The position numbers and the translations under genes are program-made. The notes beneath the pieces are model-generated. The model was not told where the DNA came from, ran no database searches, and saw only the letters and a list, made by a program, of their open reading frames with translations. Shown piece after piece: positions 18,043 through 28,181 of a DNA stretch of 64,000 bases. This stretch comes from Flavobacteriales bacterium. Its GTDB lineage: Bacteria > Bacteroidota > Bacteroidia > Flavobacteriales_F > PHOS-HE28. How positions within the stretch are numbered: the stretch's first letter is position 1; each line of letters begins with the position of its first letter. Location: assembly GCA_047601855.1 (NCBI GenBank), contig JASGIM010000003.1:725761-789760 (forward strand), in the 5' to 3' direction.

Positions 18043-19181
18043 GGCTGGAACAACGCGAGGCTTTGGGCTACGTGCGAAGGATCGTCCAAATATCGGGCGG
18101 CCCTGGTGAACGCCCCGTGGCACAGCACGTCGTATGCGGGCTGATCCATGTCCACGAGCTGCTGCAACACGCCGGTGAAGCGTTCGCGCGCGTCCAAAGG
18201 AAGGTCCCACCCGGCATGAGCGGCCTCGAGCCCTTTCCAGGGCGTCCGGTCGCTGATCACCAACGGCAGGCCGTTGCTCAAGGCCTCCAGCATGGTGTGG
18301 CCGAAGTTCTCCCCCGCGCTGGGCATCAGCAGCGCATGGTAGCTGCGCAGCAGCTCAGGAACGCTGTCCGGCGGCACCACGCCCTTCAACTCCACCTGCA
18401 CGTTGACCGGCAGTTGCGCGATGGCCGCCTGGCATTGCGCCCAATAGGCCGCATCGTAGACGGGGCCGAACAGGTCGAGCCGCACCTGGCCGCGCAGACC
18501 CTTGAGCCGCTCGATGGCGAAAAGCGTGTTCTTCTCGGGGGCCACGCGGGCCACGCTCACCAGCCGCAGTTCGCCGGATGCCTTGCTGCGTGACGAGGGT
18601 GGCGTGCGCGCTTCCCTGCGCGGCAGGTTGGGCACCACGCGCGCGTCCGCGCCCCGCGCGATCAGCTTGCGGATGTCGCCCGCCTCCTCCGCATTGGTGG
18701 CCTGGAAACGCACGTTGGTGTACAGGCCGATCGCCCGCGCCAGCGTAAGGAACGTGAGCTTCTTCAACGCACCATGGCGCAACGCTCCGCTGGCAAGCAT
18801 GCCGCGCACCGCCACCACGCGCAAGGGAACGATGCCCCGGCTGAGCCAGAGCGGCAGCACGCTGTACCGGGGCGAGTAGATGCCATTGATGTAGACCGCG
18901 TCCCACTTCCGCTCCTTCAGCAGGCGCTTCCAGGTGGCGCGGCCCGCCTGCCGTGCCGAGGCGTACCACACGCGCTCGCCACCGGGCAGCGTGGTCCATT
19001 GGTCCGGCAGGATGTCCGGATAGGGCGTGTGCTCCGTGTACTCCGTATCCGACGTCACGATGTGGAAGTCCACGCGATCGCGAAGGTGGTCCACCAGGTT
19101 CGCCAGGCTGCGCACCGGCCCGCCCGCCTTGTAGCCGGGCAGGTACCAATCGATGAACACGAGCACCTGCGGCCTATCCAC
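18039..19181 (-). CDS. Family 4 (GT-B) glycosyltransferase
   Basis: 380 aa. The C-terminal ...PSAGENFGHTMLEALSNGLPLVISD is a GT4 EX7E-type motif. Confidence 0.75.
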   Translation of the reverse strand: MDRPQVLVFIDWYLPGYKAGGPVRSLANLVDHLRDRVDFHIVTSDTEYTEHTPYPDILPDQWTTLPGGERVWYASARQAGRATWKRLLKERKWDAVYINGIYSPRYSVLPLWLSRGIVPLRVVAVRGMLASGALRHGALKKLTFLTLARAIGLYTNVRFQATNAEEAGDIRKLIARGADARVVPNLPRREARTPPSSRSKASGELRLVSVARVAPEKNTLFAIERLKGLRGQVRLDLFGPVYDAAYWAQCQAAIAQLPVNVQVELKGVVPPDSVPELLRSYHALLMPSAGENFGHTMLEALSNGLPLVISDRTPWKGLEAAHAGWDLPLDARERFTGVLQQLVDMDQPAYDVLCHGAFTRAARYLDDPSHVAQSLALFQP

Positions 19182-20250
19182 GGCGGTCGTTCATCAGTTC
19201 GATCACGGTATCGGCCCAACGGCCGGCATCCCAAGTGCGCGCCAGTTCCTCGCTGCGCAGGCCCATGGCGCGCAGTTCATCGTCGCTCAGGGCGATGATG
19301 CGGCGGAAGGCGGCCTTCAACGCGGCCTTGTCACCCGCAACGAAGCAGGCGCCATTGTGGCCATCCTTCAGGAAGTGGTGGCGGGCGCCCACGGCGTCGC
19401 TGAGCACCATCGGCATGCCGGCGGCCGCATGCTCATGCACCACCACGCCCCACGGCTCGTAGGTGCTGGGCAGGATGAACACGCCGCTCTGTTCCATGTA
19501 CTGCCACATGTCCTCGGCCTGCACGAAGCCCAGGTGCTTGATCCGCGTGTGCTGATGGTCCAGCGGATAGAGCTCCCCCACCCCGATGCACCACAGCTCC
19601 CAATCGCCTGCCTGCCCGGCGTCGCAGAGCTCGGCGAAGGCCTCCACCATGTAGCGGTGTCCCTTGGCGGGGATGTAGCGCGCCACGCAGAGGAAGCGGT
19701 GCGGGAAACGCGCCTTCTTCACGGGCTTGAAGCGATCGGCCAGCGGGGCGAAACGGTCGGTATCCGCACTGTAGAACCCGCGCTTGATCTTGCTGCGCGG
19801 GAAACCGAGGTATTCGGCGTAGAGCGCCTGCGCTTCACCGGTGACCCAGGCGTGGCTGAACGTGCGCCGCATCCAGAAGCGGGATGCCCCGAGCGCGGCC
19901 CATTGGCGCCAGCCACCGCGCCAGGCGGTGTCGCTGCACAACACGGTGGGCACGCCACGGCGGCGCGCATCGCGGCACACCTTCAGGTAATCCTTGTCCA
20001 CCCAGCCGCTGGCGAACACGATGTCCGGCGCCAGTTGGTTGGCGAACCGCCGCAACGAGACCTCATTGAACGCCGATCGCTCATGCACGTGGATGCCCGG
20101 CGCGAAGCCGAGCATGAAAGGCGCTTCCTTGTTCACCGGCCAGCGCACCACGTGCACCTCCACGCCGTGGTCGCGCACCAGCCGTTCCAGGCAGGCCTTG
20201 ACGTACGGCGCGAGCTCCGTGTAGAGGAAGAGGACCTTGCGGGCGCTCAT
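19174..20250 (-). CDS. Family 4 (GT-B) glycosyltransferase
   Basis: From MSARKVLFLYTELAPYVKA. GT1/GT4 C-terminal fold motif ...ILPSTYEPWGVVVHEHAAAGMPMVLSD. Confidence 0.75.
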   Translation of the reverse strand: MSARKVLFLYTELAPYVKACLERLVRDHGVEVHVVRWPVNKEAPFMLGFAPGIHVHERSAFNEVSLRRFANQLAPDIVFASGWVDKDYLKVCRDARRRGVPTVLCSDTAWRGGWRQWAALGASRFWMRRTFSHAWVTGEAQALYAEYLGFPRSKIKRGFYSADTDRFAPLADRFKPVKKARFPHRFLCVARYIPAKGHRYMVEAFAELCDAGQAGDWELWCIGVGELYPLDHQHTRIKHLGFVQAEDMWQYMEQSGVFILPSTYEPWGVVVHEHAAAGMPMVLSDAVGARHHFLKDGHNGACFVAGDKAALKAAFRRIIALSDDELRAMGLRSEELARTWDAGRWADTVIELMNDRRG

Positions 20251-20378
20251 GTTCGTTCCGCCACCGGCGGACAGCGCGAAGAATCGGCGCTGGCGGCCTT
20301 GGCACACCCTTGTCCCTGTCCGGGAACGATGCGGGCCGCGCCTGAGCGCGGCCCGCATCGTTCGGATCGGCCAATGCC

Positions 20379-23309
20379 TTATTCCTTGTCGTCGTAGCCG
20401 AACAGGTCCTTCAACGTGAGCTTGCGCACGGGCCCAAGGTGTTCGAGCGCGGCCTTGTCCATCTGCGCCTCCTTCCCGATCACGAGGTAGGTGTAGTGGT
20501 GGCCCTTGATCTCCTTGTCGAAGAACGCCTTCAGGTCGGGCAGGGTCATCTGCTGGATGCGGAAGTAATTGTCCTTGCGCACATCGTAGTCCAGTCCCAG
20601 GCGCTTGGCGCGGTCCCAGTTCCAGAAGAGGTTCTCCTTGGTGATGCGTTCGGAACCGATGCGCTTCAACGCGGCGTCCTTCGCGCCTTGGAACTGGCGT
20701 TCGTCCAGCGGCATGTCGTTCATCAGGGCGAGCATGGCGGTGACCGCATTGCCAAGCTTATCGGTCTGCGTGCCGACGTAGCCGCGCACGTAGTGGGCAT
20801 CCTCCTTCTTGCCGGGAGTGGTGTAGGCGGCATAGGCGGAATAGGCCAGTGCTTTCGCTTCACGGATCTCCTGGAACACGATGGAGGACAGTCCGGCACC
20901 GAAGTATTCATTGAACACCTGGGCGGCGGGCAGGACCGTCCGATCGAACGCTTCGGACTTGGACGTGAGCAGCATTTCGGTCTGCACCATGTCGTAATCG
21001 ACGTAGAGCACCTCGTTCTTCGTGGTGGGCTGCTCGGTGTACACGGTGGCCTTCGGCGTCAGCAACAACGTGGCGGGGACGCGATGCTCCTTGTCGAGGA
21101 GGGCCACCATGTCGTCGGGCGTGCGGTGGCCATAGAAGAACAGGCGGTGGTCGTAGCTGGTAAGCTCGTGGATGCGACCCACCAGTTCCTCCGGCTTCAC
21201 GGCCTTCAGTTCCTCCATGGAGAGCTGATCGCGCAGGGGGCTGTGCTCGCCATAGCGGGCATAGCTGGAGAGGCCGTTGAAGAGGATATGCCCCTTGTTC
21301 TTCAGGTTGTCCGAACGCTCCTTGCCGATGTCCTTCACCAGCTCGCTCAGGGCCTTCGGATCGGCCTTGGCCTCGGCGAGCACTTGCTCGAAGAGGCGGA
21401 TGCCCTTGTCCAGGTTCTTCTCCAGTCCGGAGAGGGTGACGTACACCCGGTCCTCGCCTGCAAATACATCGTAGGACAGGCCCAGTTTGAAGAACTCCTT
21501 CTTCAGGTCCGTCGCGGACATGGTGGCGGTGCCGAGGTAGGGCAGGTAACGCACCGCGAGGTCGAGCTTGCGGTCGTTGTTGGTGCCCATGTCCAGGATG
21601 TAGTAGAGCGAGAACAGCTCATTGGTGGTGTTGGGCACTTCGCTGAACGACAGGCCGTTCTTCGCCAGGGTGCGCTGGTCGATGGAGGCCTTGTAGTCCA
21701 CGAACACCGGCGTCATGGGAGGATCGGGCACGGCGCTCCAGGCCTTGAAGAAGGCGCTCTGCCCGCCACGGTTGATGTCCAGCGGCGTGATCTTGGGCTT
21801 GGGCACGTGGAAGGCGTCCTTGTTCTCGCCGGTGCGCTTGAACACGCACACGTAGTTGTTGCTGAAGTTCTTCGCGGCGAAGTCCATCACTTCCTGCTTG
21901 GTGATGCGGCCCATGCGGTCGTAGTGGTCCACCACGTCCTTCCAATCCTTGTGCAGGACGAAGGCATCGGTGAGCGCGGCGGCGCGGCGGCCGTTGTTGT
22001 CGTTCCAGTACTGGATCTGGTCCTTCTTGTAGTTGTTCACCACGGCCTCGATCAGCCAGTCGTCGAACTGGCCCTTCTTCACCTTCTCCAGTTCGGCCAG
22101 CAGCAGGTCGCGCACGTCCTCCAGCTTCTGCCCTTCCTTGGCCTCGCCGCTCATGCCGAACTCGGAGTAGTCGATCTGCGTGTCCGAGTAGGCGGCCGCG
22201 CTGAGCACTTTCTGCTGCTGCACCAGGTCCAGGTCGCACAAGCCCGCACTGCCGTTGCTCAACAGGCCCGAGATCAGCTCGATCATGATCGGGTCGCCGC
22301 TCTTGTAGCCGTTGAAGCGCCAGCCGAGGTCCACCCATTCCGCCTGTGGTCCGAACACGTCCATCGTCACCGGTGCGGTGATGGGCTCCTCCGGCTTGAA
22401 GGTGAAGGGCGGCACGGGCTTCGGTTTCCACGGGCCGAAGTACTTGTCCACCATGGCGATGGTCTTGTCGTAGTCCAGGTCGCCCGCCATGATCACGGCC
22501 ATGTTGTTCGGCACGTAGTACGTATCGAAGTACTCGTGGATCTTCATCATGCTCGGGTTCTTCAAATGCTCGCCCGTGCCGATGGTGGTCTGCGTGCCGT
22601 AGGGGTGGTATTTGTACAAGGCCTTGGACATGGCCTGGGAGGCGTTCCGGCCGTCGTTGTCCTGCCCGCGGTTGAATTCCTCGAACACCGTTTCGAGCTC
22701 CGTGTGGAAGAGGCGCAGTACGCATTCCTGGAAACGCACGGATTCGAGCATCATCCATTTCTCCATCTCGTTGGAGGGGATGTCGTTCACGTACACCGTG
22801 CATTCGGTGCTGGTGTAGGCGTTGGTGCCCTTCGCGCCGATGCTGGTCACCATCTTGTCGTACTCGTTCGGCACGGCATAGGTGGCGGCCAGGTGGCTCA
22901 CGCTGTCGATCTGGTGGTAGATGGCCTCGCGCCGGGCTTCGTCCGTGGTGACGCGGCGCAGCTCATAGAGGTCGGAGATGCGCTGGAGCAACGGGGCCTC
23001 CTTCGCCCAATCCACCGTGGCGATGGTGCTGGTGCCCTTGAAGAGCATGTGCTCCAGGTAATGGGCCAGGCCGGTGGCCGATGAAGGGTCGTTCTTGCTG
23101 CCGGCGCGCACGGCGATGTTGGTCTGGATGCGCGGGGCATCCGGGTTGTTGCTGAGGTAGACCGTGAGCCCGTTGTCCAAGGTGTAGATCCGCGTGGCCA
23201 GGGGATCGCCGGGAATGGAGGTGTAGGGATAGGTCTTCTGCGCGCAGGCAGGGGCGATCGCCACGGCGATCGACAGGGAAATGAGCAGGATCCGGGTTCG
23301 CATGTCCAT
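20379..23309 (-). CDS. M16-family (pitrilysin/insulinase-like) zinc peptidase, two-module
   Basis: Signal peptide MRTRILLISLSIAVAIAPACAQ. Inverted zinc motif HYLEHMLFKGT (HxxEH). About 970 aa, typical of tandem M16 active and inactive halves. Confidence 0.8.
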   Translation of the reverse strand: MDMRTRILLISLSIAVAIAPACAQKTYPYTSIPGDPLATRIYTLDNGLTVYLSNNPDAPRIQTNIAVRAGSKNDPSSATGLAHYLEHMLFKGTSTIATVDWAKEAPLLQRISDLYELRRVTTDEARREAIYHQIDSVSHLAATYAVPNEYDKMVTSIGAKGTNAYTSTECTVYVNDIPSNEMEKWMMLESVRFQECVLRLFHTELETVFEEFNRGQDNDGRNASQAMSKALYKYHPYGTQTTIGTGEHLKNPSMMKIHEYFDTYYVPNNMAVIMAGDLDYDKTIAMVDKYFGPWKPKPVPPFTFKPEEPITAPVTMDVFGPQAEWVDLGWRFNGYKSGDPIMIELISGLLSNGSAGLCDLDLVQQQKVLSAAAYSDTQIDYSEFGMSGEAKEGQKLEDVRDLLLAELEKVKKGQFDDWLIEAVVNNYKKDQIQYWNDNNGRRAAALTDAFVLHKDWKDVVDHYDRMGRITKQEVMDFAAKNFSNNYVCVFKRTGENKDAFHVPKPKITPLDINRGGQSAFFKAWSAVPDPPMTPVFVDYKASIDQRTLAKNGLSFSEVPNTTNELFSLYYILDMGTNNDRKLDLAVRYLPYLGTATMSATDLKKEFFKLGLSYDVFAGEDRVYVTLSGLEKNLDKGIRLFEQVLAEAKADPKALSELVKDIGKERSDNLKNKGHILFNGLSSYARYGEHSPLRDQLSMEELKAVKPEELVGRIHELTSYDHRLFFYGHRTPDDMVALLDKEHRVPATLLLTPKATVYTEQPTTKNEVLYVDYDMVQTEMLLTSKSEAFDRTVLPAAQVFNEYFGAGLSSIVFQEIREAKALAYSAYAAYTTPGKKEDAHYVRGYVGTQTDKLGNAVTAMLALMNDMPLDERQFQGAKDAALKRIGSERITKENLFWNWDRAKRLGLDYDVRKDNYFRIQQMTLPDLKAFFDKEIKGHHYTYLVIGKEAQMDKAALEHLGPVRKLTLKDLFGYDDKE

Positions 23310-23396
23310 CAGGGTTGCGCGGACAGGAGGAAGCCCGCCCACGAAGGGCGCGCAAGATCCGCCACTGGATGGATCTTTCCAAAGCGGCCTCCGGCG

Positions 23397-24107
23397 CTAG
23401 CGGATGCGGATGTCCGCGAGCTTGCGCATGCGCTGGCCGCTGGCGAACTTCCGCCGGTAGGACCACACCCAAAGCACGATCAACGGCACACCGATGATCG
23501 TGGGCCACAGCCATTGCAGCCACACCGGCCGGATCATCGTGAGGTTGACCGCGCTGAACGCGGACACCGTGCCGATGTATCCGCCAAGGAAGCCCACCAT
23601 GTGCCCATAGAGCCATTCGCGCTTGTCGTTCTTCCGGCGGTAGAAGCGAACGAGGTTGGCCACCACCATGATGGCGCCAAGGAGGCCGAACACGATGAAG
23701 AGGACCGCATCGGTGCTCCGCCGCCCCAGGAAGAGGTGCGATACGCCCCAGATCAGCAGCCCGGCATCCACCACGCCGGCGAAGCCATGCAGCAGCAGGT
23801 CCAGCCCCGAGGGCTTCTGCCCTTCGTGCAGACGCTTGAGGTAGAGCGACCGGTAGCCGGATGCGATCAGGTGGAAGCTGAACACGGCCACCAAGGCCAG
23901 CCAGAAGCGCTTCGGATGCAGGATGCCGAGGGTGATCGCCGTGGCGCACACCACCACCATGCTCCAGAAGAAGGTGATGCCCCAGCGCCGGTGCCAATCC
24001 CCGCCCTTGCGCACGATCATCGCCAACGGCGCCACGAAGAGCGCGATGGAACCGGCGGCCACGTGCAACAACAACAACCAGGGGATCAGGTCCTTATCGA
24101 TATCCAT
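23397..24107 (-). CDS. Hypothetical polytopic membrane protein (DUF2306-like)
   Basis: From MDIDKDLIPWLLLLHVAAGSIALFVAPL. Six or more hydrophobic helices. Confidence 0.5.
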   Translation of the reverse strand: MDIDKDLIPWLLLLHVAAGSIALFVAPLAMIVRKGGDWHRRWGITFFWSMVVVCATAITLGILHPKRFWLALVAVFSFHLIASGYRSLYLKRLHEGQKPSGLDLLLHGFAGVVDAGLLIWGVSHLFLGRRSTDAVLFIVFGLLGAIMVVANLVRFYRRKNDKREWLYGHMVGFLGGYIGTVSAFSAVNLTMIRPVWLQWLWPTIIGVPLIVLWVWSYRRKFASGQRMRKLADIRIR

Positions 24108-24274
24108 CAGACATGAACGGGGAGAGCGGCACACGCCGGGCGGGCATGATCCGCCCTGGCCTTACACCGCGGCAAGGTTGCAAAAAGATCCATGTAACAT
24201 TCGTTGCGCAGGCACGCTCCCACTGTTGTTCACCAAGAACGGCGGCCGCACATCCACGTCACACCGCGTTCCGT

Positions 24275-25738
24275 TCAGGGCTGCACCAACAGGGGCGCGT
24301 TCAGCAAGACCCCTTCCCGGCCGGACAACAGCACGCGATAAGGACCGGAGGCCAGTTGCGGCACCCGGAAGTGCGGGTCCAAGGCGGACAAGCCTTCGTC
24401 CAGCACGATGCGGCCCTGCGCGTCCATCACCGTCACACGCGTGGGATGAAGGTCCGGCGAACGCCAGGAAACAGTAGTTCCCGGAAGGGCCGGGTTGGGG
24501 AAAAGCGCGGAGGACGATGGGGCCTCCAGGTCATCCATGCCCAATGGATCCAGTTCGATCGTGATGGCGGAGGAACTGACATTGCCATTCGCATCGCCCT
24601 TCACTGCGAGCACCGCATTCGTACCGGGGCCATAACCCGAAGCCACGCCGACCACCACATAACCACCGTCGATCGTGGGAGCGAAGGCCCAGGCCTCGTC
24701 GTTCTCTGACTGACCATAAGTTCGGCCCTGTTCGAACTCACCGGACGCATCTGTGAAAAGGAGGTACATGTCTCGCCGTCCAGCACCGAACGCATCCGTG
24801 AACCCGACCGCTACGATCCCTCCATCGGGTCGTTCACGTACTTCCCGCGCCGCCCACATACCGGGGCCACCGACGGTCTTGCTCCAGTCCACGCTACCAT
24901 CCGCTAACAGGGCGACCAAGAGGATCGGCTGGTCATCCACATCACTGAGCATGGTGCCACAGGCAATGTACCCGCCATCAGCTTTCACGGCCACGCCGAA
25001 CCCGGCGTCCAAGTCAGTGGTCCCGCCCACGAGCGTCCGCCATTCCAATGTACCATCGGCCGCGAACTTGGCCACTAGGAGATCGCTATTGCTGCCGTCC
25101 ACGCCCCACGTACCGGCGATGATGCAGCCGCCATCCGGTGTGGTGCGTACGGAACGGCCTTCATCGACATATGCACCACCCAGGGTGCGTGTCCACAACG
25201 TATCACCCGCTGTATCCAGGCGCAGGAGCCAGATATCACCACCGATGCCTTGGGAATAGGTCTGCCCCACAGCATAGGCCCCGGAAACCAGAGGCGCCAC
25301 GTCATAAAGAAGGTCCCAATCGCTGCCGCCATAGATGTGCTGATCGATCACCTGGCCTGTTGCATCAGTATGCACCAACCAGCCATCGTAACCACCGTTG
25401 CCCTGGTTCGTGCTTCCGGCGATCAGCAAGGTGCCATCACCGGCCGCCGCAATGCGCCAGCCCGCCTCCACGCTTGGAGACCCGATGGCGCGGGACCATG
25501 CCAGGTCGCCCGTGGCCGTCAGCTTCAACAGATAGAGATCTCCTCCACCAGCACCGAAGCTGCCTGTAGACCCGCTGATGATGCATCCACCATCATCGAT
25601 GGCCACCACTCCGTGCCCCACTTCGCTGTTAGTGCCGCCGATGGTCCTACTCCATGTTTGCGCGATCGATCGGGGGGCACAACCGACCACGGCCACCAGT
25701 ACGCATGCCCGCCACACAGGCTTGGGAGGTCTGAACAT
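24275..25738 (-). CDS. Secreted beta-propeller-repeat protein with T9SS C-terminal sorting domain
   Basis: Signal peptide. Many repeated G-x-x-D-G-G/…DGG.I.AG… blades. C-terminal ...YRVLLSGREGVLLNAPLLVQP is T9SS CTD-like. Confidence 0.55.
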   Translation of the reverse strand: MFRPPKPVWRACVLVAVVGCAPRSIAQTWSRTIGGTNSEVGHGVVAIDDGGCIISGSTGSFGAGGGDLYLLKLTATGDLAWSRAIGSPSVEAGWRIAAAGDGTLLIAGSTNQGNGGYDGWLVHTDATGQVIDQHIYGGSDWDLLYDVAPLVSGAYAVGQTYSQGIGGDIWLLRLDTAGDTLWTRTLGGAYVDEGRSVRTTPDGGCIIAGTWGVDGSNSDLLVAKFAADGTLEWRTLVGGTTDLDAGFGVAVKADGGYIACGTMLSDVDDQPILLVALLADGSVDWSKTVGGPGMWAAREVRERPDGGIVAVGFTDAFGAGRRDMYLLFTDASGEFEQGRTYGQSENDEAWAFAPTIDGGYVVVGVASGYGPGTNAVLAVKGDANGNVSSSAITIELDPLGMDDLEAPSSSALFPNPALPGTTVSWRSPDLHPTRVTVMDAQGRIVLDEGLSALDPHFRVPQLASGPYRVLLSGREGVLLNAPLLVQP

Positions 25739-25907
25739 GCGGGCAAGTTACCCTGAACGGGCCGCACGCCTGCTTTCGAATCAGGAGACCATTCGACCGG
25801 AACACGATACTGCCAGCGTAAACCCGCCGCTCGTTCGTCCATATAGCCATGCGACCGTTCAGCCTGGCACATACTGTTCCCGGCACCGTGGTTGCACCTT
25901 TGCATCC

Positions 25908-27158
25908 ATGACCGCTAGTGGCCTGCTCCGTTTCCTCCTCTTCCTCGGCATTCTTTTCCTGATCGACCTCTACGCGTGGAAGGGCATCTCCACCGCATTG
26001 CCCAGCCTGCCGCCGGCCGCGCGGCGCGTGATAAAGTGGGTGTACTGGACGATCAGTGCGGGCATGCTGGTGGCGGTGGTCTACGTCGGCGCCAACTTCC
26101 GCACGTTGCGCAATGCGCACGACCATTCCACCCTGTTCACGCTGTTCGGACTGCTGGTGCTTTTCCTGCTGCCCAAGCTGGTGCTGGTGATCTTCCACGG
26201 CGTGGAGGACCTGGCGCAGGCCGTGCGCTGGGCCTGGGCGAAGGCCACGGAGCAAGGCCCTTCTTCCGGCGAAGGCATCTCGCGGATGCGCTTCCTGTCG
26301 CAGATCGGGCTGGCCGCGGCGTCCGTGCCGTTCTTCGGCGTGCTCTACGGCATCACCCGCGGGCGTGGGCGCTTCCACGTGGCCGAGATGGACATCACGG
26401 CCAAAGGCCTCCCGAAGGCCTTCGATGGCCTGCGCATCGTGCAGATCAGCGACATGCACCTGGGCAGCTTCGCGAAGCACAGCGACATCGTGCAGCATGG
26501 CGTGGACCTGATCAACGAGCAGCGCCCGGACCTGATCCTGTTCACCGGCGACCTGGTGAACGACTTCGCGGACGAAGCGGCCGCATGGATCCCCACGCTG
26601 CAGAGCCTGCAGGCCCGAATCGGCAAGTTCTCCATCCTCGGCAACCACGACTACTCCGACTACGTGGAATGGGACAGCGCGAAGGACAAAACAGCGAACC
26701 TGGACCTGCTGAAGCAATACCATGCCGACGCGGGCTTCAAGCTACTATTGGATGAACACGTGCGCGTAAGCGATGGCGCGGACCACTTCGCCCTCGTGGG
26801 CGTGCAGAACTGGGGCGTGCGCTTCCAGAAGTACGGCGACCTGCGCAAGGCCCTGACCGGCACGGAGGGCAGTCCCTACCGCCTGCTGATGAGCCACGAC
26901 CCGACGCACTGGGATGCGGAGGTGCGTGGCAAGGGCGTGGGCCTGATGCTGAGCGGCCATACGCACGGCGCGCAGTTCGGCATCAACATCCTGGGGCGCA
27001 CGTACAGCCCGGCGCAGTGGTTCTACAAGCAGTGGGCCGGGCTGTACAGCGAAGGCGACGAGCACCTGTACGTGAACCGCGGCTTCGGCTTCATCGGCTT
27101 CCCGGGCCGCGTGGGCATGCCGCCGGAGATCACGGTGTTGACGCTGCGCTCCGCGTAG
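25908..27158 (+). CDS. Membrane-anchored calcineurin-like metallophosphoesterase
   Basis: N-terminal TM helices, then the phosphoesterase motifs RIVQISDMHLGSF, ILFTGDLVN, LGNHDY, GHTHGAQFG. Confidence 0.8.
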   Translation: MTASGLLRFLLFLGILFLIDLYAWKGISTALPSLPPAARRVIKWVYWTISAGMLVAVVYVGANFRTLRNAHDHSTLFTLFGLLVLFLLPKLVLVIFHGVEDLAQAVRWAWAKATEQGPSSGEGISRMRFLSQIGLAAASVPFFGVLYGITRGRGRFHVAEMDITAKGLPKAFDGLRIVQISDMHLGSFAKHSDIVQHGVDLINEQRPDLILFTGDLVNDFADEAAAWIPTLQSLQARIGKFSILGNHDYSDYVEWDSAKDKTANLDLLKQYHADAGFKLLLDEHVRVSDGADHFALVGVQNWGVRFQKYGDLRKALTGTEGSPYRLLMSHDPTHWDAEVRGKGVGLMLSGHTHGAQFGINILGRTYSPAQWFYKQWAGLYSEGDEHLYVNRGFGFIGFPGRVGMPPEITVLTLRSA

Positions 27159-27316
27159 GATCAGATGATCAGAAAATGAGATGATCAGATGATGGAGCTT
27201 CTGATCATCTCAAGCTCCCGCAGCGGTCCCCGCCTCGGGACCCTGCGGTCCTGGGATGGTATGAGAAGATCAGATGATGGGGTTTCTGATCATCTCATTT
27301 TCTGATCATCTGATCG
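27159..27316. mobile_element. MITE-like element (~158 bp), same TIR family as the 16361-16704 element
   Basis: Left gatcagatgatcagaaaatgagatgatcaga. Right tctgatcatctcattttctgatcatctgatc, its exact reverse complement. It abuts the stop of the phosphoesterase gene and supplies the ...IR-stop codons of the HMG-CoA lyase gene. Confidence 0.65.
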
Positions 27317-28181
27317 AAGAAGGGAAGACCGTGCCCGCCTGCTGCACCGAGCGGTCCAGTTGGGCCAGATCGAGGCCTGTGCGGATGTTCCGCGCCTCGA
27401 GGTCGCGCACGAAAAGCTCCATTGCGAGGTTGCCCACGAGGTCGTCCTCGGCCATCGGGCAGCCGCCATACCCCTTCAATGCGCCGTCGAAGCGGCGGCA
27501 ACCGGCCTCCCAGGCCGCATCGGTCTTGGCCTTCCAGTTGTCGAGGCGGGCATGCAGATGCGCGCCGAAGCGCACCTGCGGCATGGCGGGGATCAAGGTC
27601 GCAAAGAGGTAGCCTACATCCTCGGGCCTGGCCACTCCCACGGTATCCGCAAGCGAAATGGTGCGCACGCCCAGTTCGCTCACTAACCGTTCGGTCCAAT
27701 GCAGCGCCACGTCCGCATCCCAAGGGTCGCCGTACGGATTGCCGAAGGCCATGCTGATGTAGACCACGAGCTCCTTCCTGCCTTTCCGCGCGATGTCCGC
27801 GATGCGCTGCGTGCGCTCCCAACTCCCGGCGATGCTCGTGTTGGTGTTGCGGTGCTGAAAGGTCTCGCTGATGCTGAAGGGGTAGCCCAGCTGGTCCACC
27901 ATCGCATGGCGGCATGCCTCCTCCGCGCCGCGCTCGTTCGCCACGATCACCAGCAATCTGCTGCGCGTGCCGTCCAGGTCGATGCGGTGCAGCACGTCGG
28001 CCGTGTCGGCCATCTGCGGAATGGCCTTGGGGCTCACGAAGCTGCCGATGTCGATCGTGTGGAAGCCCACGCGCAGCAGGCCGTTCAGGTAGTCCACCTT
28101 CGTATCCGTGGGGATGAAGGCGTGCAGGCCCTGCATGGCATCACGCGGACATTCGATCAGTTGCACTTCCGGTCCTTCCAT
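27306..28181 (-). CDS. Hydroxymethylglutaryl-CoA lyase
   Basis: 291 aa. DRE-TIM metallolyase pattern [11 protein letters not shown]...[23 protein letters not shown]...[13 protein letters not shown]...GAHLHA typical of HMG-CoA lyase. Confidence 0.85.
   Translation of the reverse strand: MEGPEVQLIECPRDAMQGLHAFIPTDTKVDYLNGLLRVGFHTIDIGSFVSPKAIPQMADTADVLHRIDLDGTRSRLLVIVANERGAEEACRHAMVDQLGYPFSISETFQHRNTNTSIAGSWERTQRIADIARKGRKELVVYISMAFGNPYGDPWDADVALHWTERLVSELGVRTISLADTVGVARPEDVGYLFATLIPAMPQVRFGAHLHARLDNWKAKTDAAWEAGCRRFDGALKGYGGCPMAEDDLVGNLAMELFVRDLEARNIRTGLDLAQLDRSVQQAGTVFPSSIR

Noticed and set aside
20439-23084. 881-aa plus-strand ORF
   Set aside because: Antisense to the well-supported M16 peptidase gene. 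The Val/Gly/Leu/His-rich low-complexity translation is a GC-driven shadow ORF.
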